The notes beneath the pieces were generated by a model. That model did no database searches and was not told where the DNA came from. It saw nothing but the letters and a program-made list of their open reading frames with translations. Shown here one piece after another: positions 1 to 8,548 of a stretch of DNA of 38,981 nt (positions within the stretch are counted from its first letter, which is position 1; each line of letters begins with the position of its first letter). Location: positions 1 through 38,981 of the IMG/VR virus record IMGVR_UViG_3300033481_000005; one strand, given 5' to 3'. This stretch comes from a virus (Duplodnaviria; Caudoviricetes). Both the position numbers and the translations under genes were made by a program.

Positions 1-126
1 CTTCGTGCGCGAGTCTGCTTACCAGAAAAGTCAGACTCCTATGCAGAGCGATCGTTGAACTCGCTGCGGAGCCTGGTGACGGTTAGCATCATCCCAATCG
101 CGATTGCCGTTCTGCTCGTTGTCATC
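1..126. repeat. Terminal direct repeat (assembly overlap of a circular/permuted genome); copy at 38836-38961
   Basis: cttcgtgcgcgag...ctcgttgtcatc is identical at both ends. Confidence 0.95.
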
Positions 127-144
127 GCGATGCGAAAAAACTAG
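76..144 (+). CDS. Putative 22-aa single-TM microprotein MTVSIIPIAIAVLLVVIAMRKN
   Basis: GTG preceded by GGAG; overlaps stop of the last early gene; hydrophobic core with basic tail; ends at the terminator. Confidence 0.45.
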   Translation: MTVSIIPIAIAVLLVVIAMRKN

Positions 145-183
145 AGGCCCCACGGTTTCGAGTCGTGGGGCCTCTTATGGTTT
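135..183. terminator. Probable bidirectional intrinsic terminator between converging early and late operons
   Basis: 12-bp stem agaggccccacg/cgtggggcctct; A6 on the left, T-rich on the right. Confidence 0.85.
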
Positions 184-223
184 GTGCGACCAGCGAACGG
201 TAACGAGCTCGACTTGTATAGCC

Positions 224-691
224 TCAACTCAACGCTGCGTCAACCAGTGGCTGAATCGAATAGAAAGACGTCCACTTCTGTCGTGCCCGCCACTTCTCGT
301 CGACTTCTCCGGGTGGCGCCCCAGAGTTTCCGTCTACCGAGATCACGAAGGGACGACCTTCTGCCGAGTCGCCAACTGCCGTGAGTATCGCATGGTGCTG
401 GTACGGCTGATCCATGTAGCAGATGTCGCCAATGTCTGGATTATCGGTCGTCTCCAGTCGCCACAGGTAGCCAGTACGCGTCGCTCCGTAGCATCCGCGC
501 ACCTGCCATGTCCAAGTGCAACCAAGGGCTTTATGAAGATCCCATAACGTGAATGCTCCGCACCAATGCTCTGGGTGTGGACCCTGCCATTCACGGGGCA
601 ACACTTCGCGCCAGTACATGTCGTGGTCTTTCGACCCGATCTGCTCCGACGCGATGTTTGCGACTCGTTGTCGCAGTTCCTGCGGAGTCAT
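224..691 (-). CDS. CHAP-domain amidase/endopeptidase, probable endolysin
   Basis: HWCGAF, PDIGDI, QHHAIL, VDGNS motifs; last gene of the late operon; no signal peptide. Confidence 0.8.
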   Translation of the reverse strand: MTPQELRQRVANIASEQIGSKDHDMYWREVLPREWQGPHPEHWCGAFTLWDLHKALGCTWTWQVRGCYGATRTGYLWRLETTDNPDIGDICYMDQPYQHHAILTAVGDSAEGRPFVISVDGNSGAPPGEVDEKWRARQKWTSFYSIQPLVDAALS

Positions 692-1596
692 GGCGCCGTC
701 GGGCAGTCAATCTCTGCCCCGCGGTTGAGCAACTTCTGCAACGTGCCAGCGGAGAAGTAGGCGTACCCTGTCTCCTCGCCGCGGGACACGCCCCAGTCTC
801 CCCAGGAATTGCGAATCCACACCCGCTTGAGCTTCGAATCCCAGCCGACGATTGCGATCTCATGGCCGCCAGCAACGCGACCGCTGATCGACATCTCGCC
901 GCACTCGGAAGGGTCGAAGAAGGCGTCGTACCAATCGGTGCCGAGCGTGCAGGGGACGCGCTGCAGCGACTGCTGGAGAGCCTCGAGCGAGTCCGCTGAC
1001 TCAATCCCTCCACGGTAGTACCCGAGGTCTACGGAGGCTAGCCAGGCGCTCGCACCGTTGCTCCCGGTGTCCGTCGGAGGATAGACTCCAGCGAACGGGT
1101 CCAGTGTCGTGGCCCTCGAGTAGATCGCCACTGCGTCTGGCTCGGTGAGGGACAGCCCGAATGGGTCTGTGGACAGAGAGTGCGCGACAGCGTTCCCTGT
1201 GCACGACCCGAGCGACCCCTGATCGAGGGCTCGATTGAACCGAGGTGCTCGAAACACGTCCGAGTCTGGAAGCACCTGGTAGACAGGGCGCGCACGGCGG
1301 CGCTTCTGGCGCTGCTTGTCCGGATGCCATCCGCTCATTGGCGGACGCACTCGTGGCGGCCCACTGCGTGACCGTGAGCACTCGGGGAATTGCACAGCCA
1401 CCACTGGGGACCCCGCCGCTCCGGGTGCGCCTGCGACGCCAGGAGAGCCGGCAGACGTGGCTCCACCAGTCCCAGTGGTGCCACCGGAGCCGGTAGGCTC
1501 CGGAGGGACAGGGACGGGGGTTGGTTTGGGGCCGCATGCCTCGCATCCGAGAGATGCGCCGATGATACAAATTGCGGTTAGTTGTATGAGTTTCAC
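688..1596 (-). CDS. Papain-like (C1 family) cysteine peptidase, predicted lipoprotein
   Basis: [10 protein letters not shown] (Q/C), [11 protein letters not shown] (H), WIRNSWG (N); signal [18 protein letters not shown]; Pro/Gly/Thr linker; GTG overlaps upstream stop. Confidence 0.88.
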   Translation of the reverse strand: MKLIQLTAICIIGASLGCEACGPKPTPVPVPPEPTGSGGTTGTGGATSAGSPGVAGAPGAAGSPVVAVQFPECSRSRSGPPRVRPPMSGWHPDKQRQKRRRARPVYQVLPDSDVFRAPRFNRALDQGSLGSCTGNAVAHSLSTDPFGLSLTEPDAVAIYSRATTLDPFAGVYPPTDTGSNGASAWLASVDLGYYRGGIESADSLEALQQSLQRVPCTLGTDWYDAFFDPSECGEMSISGRVAGGHEIAIVGWDSKLKRVWIRNSWGDWGVSRGEETGYAYFSAGTLQKLLNRGAEIDCPTAP

Positions 1597-1808
1597 AGTG
1601 CGCACCAATCCTCGGCAAGGACGTCAGTTTGCGACGCGAGCCACGGGACGAGATCTCCCTGTGCCGTGCTCATATAGACGTAGGGGAGCGTCATTTTTGA
1701 ATATGCGTCTGGGCGCTGCAGCTCAAGCCACATACCCTTACCGTTCCAGCCCGAGCGAGATACACGGCGCCCCGACTTTAGCAACTCGAGTGCTTGTCCG
1801 AAGTTCAT
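1593..1808 (-). CDS. tad2: DUF2829 / Tad2-family anti-defence sponge protein
   Basis: [26 protein letters not shown]...[15 protein letters not shown] matches the DUF2829 signature; ATGA overlap with upstream gene. Confidence 0.8.
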   Translation of the reverse strand: MNFGQALELLKSGRRVSRSGWNGKGMWLELQRPDAYSKMTLPYVYMSTAQGDLVPWLASQTDVLAEDWCAL

Positions 1809-2434
1809 TGGCTGCACTGCTCCGTCCAGGCCTTGCCAGAACTGGCCGACCAAGCGCCAAGACCAGAAGCGACGACACCAGCACCGATGCCGGTGCCGAT
1901 GGCCACCTTGCGCACGTCGTCACTGGTGTCTGCCGCGGCGAGGACACCAGCAGCCGTACCGACGCCAAGCGAAAGTTCAGCCCCGTACGCGGTGTAGACG
2001 TGCACGCTGTCGAGCGCCTTGCATTCGACGTCGGGGCGAGTCTGCGCGGAGTAGGTTCCAGCCTTGAGCTGCGAGTTGATGCGTGCCTGGCGCGCGGCTT
2101 CGAGTGAGCACCCTTGTGCGGCTATTCCGATCGAAGCAACGAGAAGCACTGGCAACAGCTTCAGCACCGTACCGAAGGTTGCCCTGGAGAGGAACAGCAC
2201 CTTGAGCTGAGTGAGCACCTTCCAGAAATCGAACCCAGTTGCTCGAAGCAGGTTCAGCACGACGGCAACAGCTACGTGTTCGTCGCACCATGCGTCAATG
2301 CGGGTGCGCTTTCCGAGCACGGCCGTAATGAGTCCAGCTAGGAAGTAGTATGCGGTGGCAACCAACAGAGCAAGGACGTGCTCCTTGGCGAACGCCACGA
2401 CTGCGACAATGATTTCGTTTTCCATTTTCCTCAC
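1805..2434 (-). CDS. Holin-like membrane protein with internal lipobox and C-terminal hydrophobic hairpin (possible holin-spanin fusion)
   Basis: M-R-K-M dual start; N-terminal TM segments; [19 protein letters not shown]109; two Gly/Ala-rich hydrophobic helices; first gene of the lysis cluster. Confidence 0.55.
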   Translation of the reverse strand: MRKMENEIIVAVVAFAKEHVLALLVATAYYFLAGLITAVLGKRTRIDAWCDEHVAVAVVLNLLRATGFDFWKVLTQLKVLFLSRATFGTVLKLLPVLLVASIGIAAQGCSLEAARQARINSQLKAGTYSAQTRPDVECKALDSVHVYTAYGAELSLGVGTAAGVLAAADTSDDVRKVAIGTGIGAGVVASGLGAWSASSGKAWTEQCSQ

Positions 2435-2436
2435 AA

Positions 2437-4656
2437 TCAGACCGAAGCGAACACGCTCGGGTCAACATTGATTAGCACGTCACCTGTGGTGCCGCGATAC
2501 GTTCCAGTCGATGTGAATCGGTAGAACCATTTGCCTGGTCTATCGAAGATGATGGCTCTCGAGTAGACACCTTCAGAAACCTCCTCGAGCTGCCCAGACG
2601 AAAACGTGAATTGGATCGTCTCAGAGCCTGGGCGCTTGAGCTGAAGTATCACCTCGGATTGACCAGTTAGGATTCCGCTTACGCGGAACTCTCCGACTAA
2701 GGTTACCTCGTCTCCTAGATCTGATGACATTGGATCCCTGTAGGTTTTGGTCTCAACCGTGAGTTGCTCATACGATGTCGCGTGGCACGGAAGAGACGTG
2801 ATCGTTGTGCTGATTTCAGCTTCACCAGTCGACGTGAACGCGACCAGGAATGACTCTCCGTACCCCGAAGGGACTACGAGAGACGAGCCTGACGAGATCA
2901 GCGACGCCAGGTTCGAAACGCCGACAGCTGATATCGATTGGTGAGCAGTCGCGGCCCCTGCCGCGGATAGAGCGGCAAGATTAGACGCAGCCGAACATGT
3001 GATCTCGGAAACGGTAGTCGATGTGGCAACGCCGGTGGACTCGAGCGGCCGCAAGTAGGCCTCTCCTGTCGTGGCTACGCTTTGGCTAGCGACAGAGCTA
3101 CCGCTGGCAGTCAGAGCTGGAAGCGAGCTTGCCCCTGCTCCTGCTATCTCAGTCGAGCTTGTAACGGTTGACGCACCAGCTGCAGACAGAGCGACAAGGA
3201 CAGCCGCGGCCGCTCCAGCGAGTGACTGAGCAGCGGTCGCGACGCCTGCTGACGCTAACGCGGCAAGCGTTGACGCGGCAGAGCCTGTGATCTCAGTGGA
3301 CTGATAATTCGCGCCAACCCCAGCAGCGGTGAGCGAACGGAGATACGACTCGCCTGTGCCAGCGATACCCGTGTAGGTGTACGCCGTTCCGCCCGACGTG
3401 AGAGGCAGAAGAGAGGACGCTCCAGAGCTGGTGATTGAACTCGACTGGTAGGCTGTCGCCGTTCCCGCTGACGTGAGAGGGGACAGATAGGCTTCACCAG
3501 AGGTCGCTATATGGTCGACGATGTTCGCTGAGCCCACCGATGTCAGCGCAGGAGTGCTTGATGCTCCAGCCCCAGTGATTTCCGACGCGGAGTAGACAAG
3601 CGAAGAACCAGTCGACGTAAGGACTGCGAGATTGGATGCCCCATCACCAGAAATTTGTTGGAGGCTCGAGCCTGACGACGTGAGAGCCGCGAGAGTTGAC
3701 GCGCCGCTACCGCTGATCTCGGTGACAACAGTCTTTGACGAGATACCATACGGTCCAGAGCCAACCGATACGGTGCTACTAGCCGTCCACGTGGATCCGC
3801 TTCTTGTCAGAGGTGTAACTGTGTTGCTGCCGCTGTTAGAAACGAGCGCCCTGGTGTTGTCGTCTAGGATCGTGACTCCGTACGGAGACGAACCAACGGT
3901 GATTGCTGTCCCTGCAGTCCAGGTACCTCCAACCAGCTCGAGCGGCGTCACGCTCCCGCTGTCGAAGTTGGCCACCAGAGCGTAAACGCCATCGCTAGTC
4001 ATTGCGATGCAGCGAGGACCAGAGCCGACTGTGATTGCGCTACCTGAGGTCTGCCAGGTCGAACCATTCCAGACCAGCACCGTCACGGATGCGCCAGAGG
4101 CGTTCGAGACCAGCGCCGTTTGGCTGTCGGGGGTGAACGCGCATCCTCGCGGAGATGACCCAACGGTGACGTCTGTTCCGGCGGTCCAAGTGTCACCGCT
4201 GCGCGTCAGTGGGGTTATCGTATTCGTGCCAGAATTGCAGCATATTGCATGGACGCCGTCCGGAGCGATCTCGATCCAGCGCGGCCCACTTCCGCAGGCA
4301 ATGGCGGTACCTGCCGTCCACGAACCGGAGTCATATTTCAGAGGTGTGCAGTTGTTGGACGCGTAGTTCGAGACGAGTGCGTGGATTCCGTCTGGGGCAA
4401 TCGCTACGTTTCTCGGACCGCTTCCGCACGCGATACCCGTTCCGGCGCTCCAAGTCGAACCGGAGAACGTGAGCGGGGTCGCTGTGTTGCCGCTTGCGTC
4501 AGCCGTAAGCGCTCGCACGCCATCGGAGCAAATACGCGCGTCAAACGGAGCCCCAGTTACGGACACTGCCGTTGCGGCAACCCATGCCGAGCCACTCCAA
4601 CTCAGTGGGGTTACCGTGCTTGCATTGTAATTCGCGACTAGGGCTCTGTCTGCCAC
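2437..4656 (-). CDS. Virion fibre/adhesin: 7-bladed YVTN-like beta-propeller, Ser/Ala/Thr stalk, C-terminal Ig-like domain
   Basis: Seven ~44-aa repeats (ALVxNxxSxTVTPL...WxAGTxIxVGSGP...PDG); many ~20-24 aa GxGASxLxALxSxG repeats. Confidence 0.75.
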   Translation of the reverse strand: MADRALVANYNASTVTPLSWSGSAWVAATAVSVTGAPFDARICSDGVRALTADASGNTATPLTFSGSTWSAGTGIACGSGPRNVAIAPDGIHALVSNYASNNCTPLKYDSGSWTAGTAIACGSGPRWIEIAPDGVHAICCNSGTNTITPLTRSGDTWTAGTDVTVGSSPRGCAFTPDSQTALVSNASGASVTVLVWNGSTWQTSGSAITVGSGPRCIAMTSDGVYALVANFDSGSVTPLELVGGTWTAGTAITVGSSPYGVTILDDNTRALVSNSGSNTVTPLTRSGSTWTASSTVSVGSGPYGISSKTVVTEISGSGASTLAALTSSGSSLQQISGDGASNLAVLTSTGSSLVYSASEITGAGASSTPALTSVGSANIVDHIATSGEAYLSPLTSAGTATAYQSSSITSSGASSLLPLTSGGTAYTYTGIAGTGESYLRSLTAAGVGANYQSTEITGSAASTLAALASAGVATAAQSLAGAAAAVLVALSAAGASTVTSSTEIAGAGASSLPALTASGSSVASQSVATTGEAYLRPLESTGVATSTTVSEITCSAASNLAALSAAGAATAHQSISAVGVSNLASLISSGSSLVVPSGYGESFLVAFTSTGEAEISTTITSLPCHATSYEQLTVETKTYRDPMSSDLGDEVTLVGEFRVSGILTGQSEVILQLKRPGSETIQFTFSSGQLEEVSEGVYSRAIIFDRPGKWFYRFTSTGTYRGTTGDVLINVDPSVFASV

Positions 4657-4665
4657 GTTGTTTCC

Positions 4666-5061
4666 TTACTGCAGCGGTTGCGTGATGGTGAACGAGCTCA
4701 TCGTGATCGGTAGACCAGCCACAACGCTGAGCGTGTTTACCGTGATCTCTGCTCCAGAGGTACCAACGGTGTGGAGCGAGATCAGAGTTGACCCACTGAA
4801 CACAGCTGCGTAACCGATCGTACCAGTTGCGTCGGCGGATGAGTCTTGGGTGATCGCATTCGCCGTCAACGTGTTGGTCGACGTGGTTGGGAATGCGGTT
4901 GACCCCATTGTTAGGGTGCCGAGAAGCGTGTCCGATCCGACTCCGGTTGCAACCGAAGCTGGCATGGTACCTTGGTAGTACCGAAGCTGCGCGTTGTCAT
5001 ACGCGGCCTTCAGTGCGTTCAGAGCTACCGCTGCTTGTGCTGTTGAGATCTTCATGTTCAT
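4666..5061 (-). CDS. Small beta-rich virion fibre-associated protein
   Basis: YxGTxPA...TLLGTL...ADATGT...GTSGAEI pattern typical of phage structural proteins preceding fibres. Confidence 0.55.
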   Translation of the reverse strand: MNMKISTAQAAVALNALKAAYDNAQLRYYQGTMPASVATGVGSDTLLGTLTMGSTAFPTTSTNTLTANAITQDSSADATGTIGYAAVFSGSTLISLHTVGTSGAEITVNTLSVVAGLPITMSSFTITQPLQ

Positions 5062-5390
5062 TTCCTCGTAAAAAAGTAGGCAATCGCAACCCCAGCTCCC
5101 GCTAGAGTCATCGTTACACCTACGAGTTGGCGGCCTCGAATTCGCCAGCCCTTTGGTGCTGTAACCTCGAATTCAGGTGGTTTTGAGCTGTTTCTGTTCT
5201 TGAATTGCTCCTCGAGAATTATGATTCGCTCGAGCAGGTTTCTATTTTCCTGTTCAAGCGTATGCAGCCTGACGTGCACTAGACCACGCTCATACTCTGC
5301 AGACGAAGGGACGAGCGACACCGGTGAAGGAAGTGTCTCATCACCGCAGGAAGCTAGACGCTGACGCGGCTCACTTTCGCACGATTGCAT
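5058..5390 (-). CDS. Coiled-coil protein with C-terminal TM helix
   Basis: GAGGAG 7 nt before ATG; LHTLEQENRNLLERIIILEE; C-terminal LVGVTMTLAGAGVAIAYFF-TRK. Confidence 0.6.
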   Translation of the reverse strand: MQSCESEPRQRLASCGDETLPSPVSLVPSSAEYERGLVHVRLHTLEQENRNLLERIIILEEQFKNRNSSKPPEFEVTAPKGWRIRGRQLVGVTMTLAGAGVAIAYFFTRK

Positions 5391-5613
5391 TGGTGAGCTC
5401 CTCGATGGCGACGCTTAGTCGCGCAAGTGATTGGTTGGTCATCTCGAGGTTAGAATCTATCCGAGACAGCGCGTGTTCGAGTGCTCCGAGCTTCACGATT
5501 GTCCCCTCGAGCGCTGGACAGATCGGAGGAACTGTCTCGATTTTTCGCAACGTCTCGGCTTCTGCGAGTTTCGTTCGCAGCTCTGCAACATTTGATGGCA
5601 TTCCGTTCTCCAC
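5371..5613 (-). CDS. Coiled-coil hypothetical protein
   Basis: Packs into the operon; heptad pattern. Confidence 0.6.
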   Translation of the reverse strand: MENGMPSNVAELRTKLAEAETLRKIETVPPICPALEGTIVKLGALEHALSRIDSNLEMTNQSLARLSVAIEELTNAIVRK

Positions 5614-5622
5614 ATTTCCCCG

Positions 5623-5892
5623 TTATCGTGGCCAGAATAGGGTGACGTTGGTTGCTGTTCCCGAGATGACTGCGCCAAACTCAGCAGGAAGTGGAGGCAT
5701 CCCAGCTACTAGGTTGAGTGTGACGTCATTCGTTCCCAGCACAGACCCACCCATTGGTCTCACGACAGCGGTTCCTGTCGTCGAAGAGTAGATGTGCGAA
5801 GCGGGCCGCGATTGCCCCTTTGGGTCTGCAGTTCCGCACGCGATTGCGGTCGAAAGGTTCGCGTATGTCTTGTAGTAAGGGGTCGATTCCAA
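5623..5892 (-). CDS. Putative head-spike base protein (RcGTA Rcc01079-like)
   Basis: TTG start with GAGG SD; RPASHIY..TTGTAVVRPMGG..DVTLNLVAG..LP...VISGTATNVTLFW resembles the family pattern from memory. Confidence 0.5.
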   Translation of the reverse strand: MESTPYYKTYANLSTAIACGTADPKGQSRPASHIYSSTTGTAVVRPMGGSVLGTNDVTLNLVAGMPPLPAEFGAVISGTATNVTLFWPR

Positions 5893-5893
5893 G

Positions 5894-8548
5894 TTACACC
5901 TCTCTATCGGTAAATGCGCCTCTGCGCGAAGCGAGTTTCGATTGTCGTTCTGGCCTTGCGAGAGTCTCAATGGGCTGCTCTGCAGCAGACTCTGCGTGGA
6001 TCGATTGGTAGAGCGAGATCACGTCTGGACGAAACGTAGCGTCGAGCGGGATCCCGGTGAGCATGCTCAGTTGAGCCTGGCGCTGGTAATCAGGTACGCG
6101 ACCAGCCTCAGCCTCGTTCGCCACCTCGTCAACGATGTGTCCTCGCATCGCCTCGTAGAGTGCGGGGTACGATGCTTTCACGGCGTCAACCTCGTCAGTC
6201 GTGAGCTCACCAGCATCGGCAAGCTTCACCACGTTGGTTGGCTTTCTGATTGCCGCTTCCGCTCGGAGGAATTCCTCCTTCAGTGCCTCAGGAACGTCGA
6301 ACCCGTCTTTGGTCGAGATGTTGTCGAGGTCGGCGAATCCAGGCGCCTGGGGTAGGATTCGAGCAAGGTACGCGGCACCCCGCGAGCCCGCTTGGATTGT
6401 TGCGCTAGCGAGCTCAGGGCTCACCTGTGCGACGCCACCAAGCTGAGTTGAGAGCTGCGCCACGAGCCTCTCAGTGTCGTTCTGCTGCTCGATCGTTTCA
6501 TCGCGACGCCGGTCGAAGTCGGTAGCCAAACGCGTACTGAGCCCGGTCGGGGCCGCGGCAACTGGCCTCGCTTTGACCAGCGCACGTGTCTCATTGCTCA
6601 GTTTGATTGACGCGTCCGTGGACGCACGCAGGACCTTACGCCAGTTCGCGTAGCTGTTGGCCAGAGTGGCCATTGTGCGGTCGCCCGCGGCGGAGCGGAT
6701 GAACTTGTTTCCGAGAGTCCCAACAAGCGCGGTGGCCCCACCAGTGAGGCCTCCCTGCGCGATGCCGGCGGCCCCGACAATCGTGTCGGTGAGGCTCGCT
6801 GATCGATTCCCAGCCATCATCCCGGCGCGTTGCTCTGCGATTTGCTTGATCTGTACCCAGTCGGAGTATCCTCGGTTTGCGTCACGGAACTCGTTCCCGA
6901 GCGAGGAGCGCTCCGCCGCTTCATCCGCGTGCGCCTTGAGCGAATCACGGACCTTGCGGTATGCATCAGCGCGAGGGTCCTTGCCGAATTCCCACTGCTT
7001 TATCGACTCGTCGATTCGCTTGCGGAGCTCCCAAAGTGCTTCTTGGGAAAGTTTGGCTGTGCCATTGGCAAAACCAGACTGGTCGACTTTTTTCGCGAGT
7101 GACTCGAGAGCATACTGCGCGTTTTCGAGCCTTTTCAATTGACGAGCCCCGAGCGTGCCTCCCCCCTCGAGCGTCGAGTATGCCGAGCGTAGATTACCCA
7201 TCACGTTGTCGAGCTCGCGAATCGCCGGCTTCTGTCCGGCGCTACCGAAGTGCCCGCGCATCTTGAGTGCGTCCGCTTCGAGCTCACGGAGCATCTGTCC
7301 GCTCGCAGCCGAACCTCCGCGGAGCGCATCATCGACCTTGAGCGCATTCTCCCTGAAAACGCCGACCAGCTCGGTGGATACGCGATACTTGTCGGCCTTT
7401 ATTACCGGATCAAATACGTCTGCCAGGTCGCGCTCTATCGACTTTGCAATCCGCGCGTCGGGGGAAAATCCGCTCGAGCGAAGAGGGGCCAGGACGTCGC
7501 GGTCGATGTCACCGGCGATCCTGGACAGCTCAACGTCCTCGCCGCGGGCTGTCATCTGGCGATAGACTTTGCGAACGCGCTCCCCGTACTCGGTAGTCTT
7601 CGTTTCGGCTATGTCTGCAGCCTCGTCAAGACCGTGGCGCACGGCGCGCCCCATCGCTCCGGGGCCAGAGAATTCAGCCTCCTGTAGGATACGTTCTCCG
7701 AGCCTGCGCGGGGCGTTCGCGCCACCCTCTTTCACGATCCGCTTGAAGTCTTTTCCCAGTGCGCCGAACGAGGCCAGCGCCTTGGTTTGCGCGAGCCCCT
7801 CGACACCCTTGGATCCCGTCATTGACTCGAGCAGTCTCGGGGCGCCCTCTGCCACCTTGCGGCCACCGATTGCTAGCGCCTCAATGCCAGCTCCGAGACC
7901 ACCACCGAGCACGCCGCCAATAGCCGCGCCATCGCGCACGTGGCTCAGGAGCAATTCAGCGGTGAGCTCCTTGTTTTGGATTGCCGACTCAGAGAGGGCT
8001 TGGCCAGCGCCGATAATCCCACCCTCGACAGCACCGCCAACGGCTCCACCGACGCCCTTGGCGATGACTCTCCTGGCACCACCAGGAGCAGCTCCGGCAA
8101 CGAGTCTCTCCGCGAGTGACCCGGTGCGTGTAGCAAGTCTCGACGCGGCCGAAGCGGGGGCGCCAACTACCTTCGCAAACTTACCCGCGGTCCCAAGCGC
8201 TTTTACTTCCCCGAGCCCGGGGACGAGGAAACCCGCTGCCTGCCCAGCCATGCCGGCGCCGCGGAACGTCTCGTCCCGCATCTGGCGTCCCTCCGAGTAC
8301 CCAGGCAACTGAGACAATGCGACGTCGGACAGACCGAGTGTAGCGCTGCTGAGCGCGTTCTCACTGAACGCCTTCGCCCCCTCGGCAAACGATCCGCTGT
8401 TCGCATCCTGGTACTCACGGACCTTGCGTGCCTGATCGGTTTCGACGGTGAAGCCCTGCTCAGCAGCGGTCCCAACGTCGTCCGGGTGGATCGGGACAGC
8501 ATCGCCCGTTGCCGGGTCGATCATCGTTACGCCGGTTACGCCAGCCAT
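5894..8548 (-). CDS. Large internal virion (DNA ejection) protein
   Basis: 884 aa, helical, Gly/Ala-rich hydrophobic stretches; third of three genes after the nozzle. Confidence 0.7.
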   Translation of the reverse strand: MAGVTGVTMIDPATGDAVPIHPDDVGTAAEQGFTVETDQARKVREYQDANSGSFAEGAKAFSENALSSATLGLSDVALSQLPGYSEGRQMRDETFRGAGMAGQAAGFLVPGLGEVKALGTAGKFAKVVGAPASAASRLATRTGSLAERLVAGAAPGGARRVIAKGVGGAVGGAVEGGIIGAGQALSESAIQNKELTAELLLSHVRDGAAIGGVLGGGLGAGIEALAIGGRKVAEGAPRLLESMTGSKGVEGLAQTKALASFGALGKDFKRIVKEGGANAPRRLGERILQEAEFSGPGAMGRAVRHGLDEAADIAETKTTEYGERVRKVYRQMTARGEDVELSRIAGDIDRDVLAPLRSSGFSPDARIAKSIERDLADVFDPVIKADKYRVSTELVGVFRENALKVDDALRGGSAASGQMLRELEADALKMRGHFGSAGQKPAIRELDNVMGNLRSAYSTLEGGGTLGARQLKRLENAQYALESLAKKVDQSGFANGTAKLSQEALWELRKRIDESIKQWEFGKDPRADAYRKVRDSLKAHADEAAERSSLGNEFRDANRGYSDWVQIKQIAEQRAGMMAGNRSASLTDTIVGAAGIAQGGLTGGATALVGTLGNKFIRSAAGDRTMATLANSYANWRKVLRASTDASIKLSNETRALVKARPVAAAPTGLSTRLATDFDRRRDETIEQQNDTERLVAQLSTQLGGVAQVSPELASATIQAGSRGAAYLARILPQAPGFADLDNISTKDGFDVPEALKEEFLRAEAAIRKPTNVVKLADAGELTTDEVDAVKASYPALYEAMRGHIVDEVANEAEAGRVPDYQRQAQLSMLTGIPLDATFRPDVISLYQSIHAESAAEQPIETLARPERQSKLASRRGAFTDREV

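Noticed and set aside
5371-5390. Programmed frameshift at CGA AAG TGA joining two small ORFs
   Set aside because: The downstream ORF is in the +1 frame, not -1, and has its own GAGGAG-ATG.
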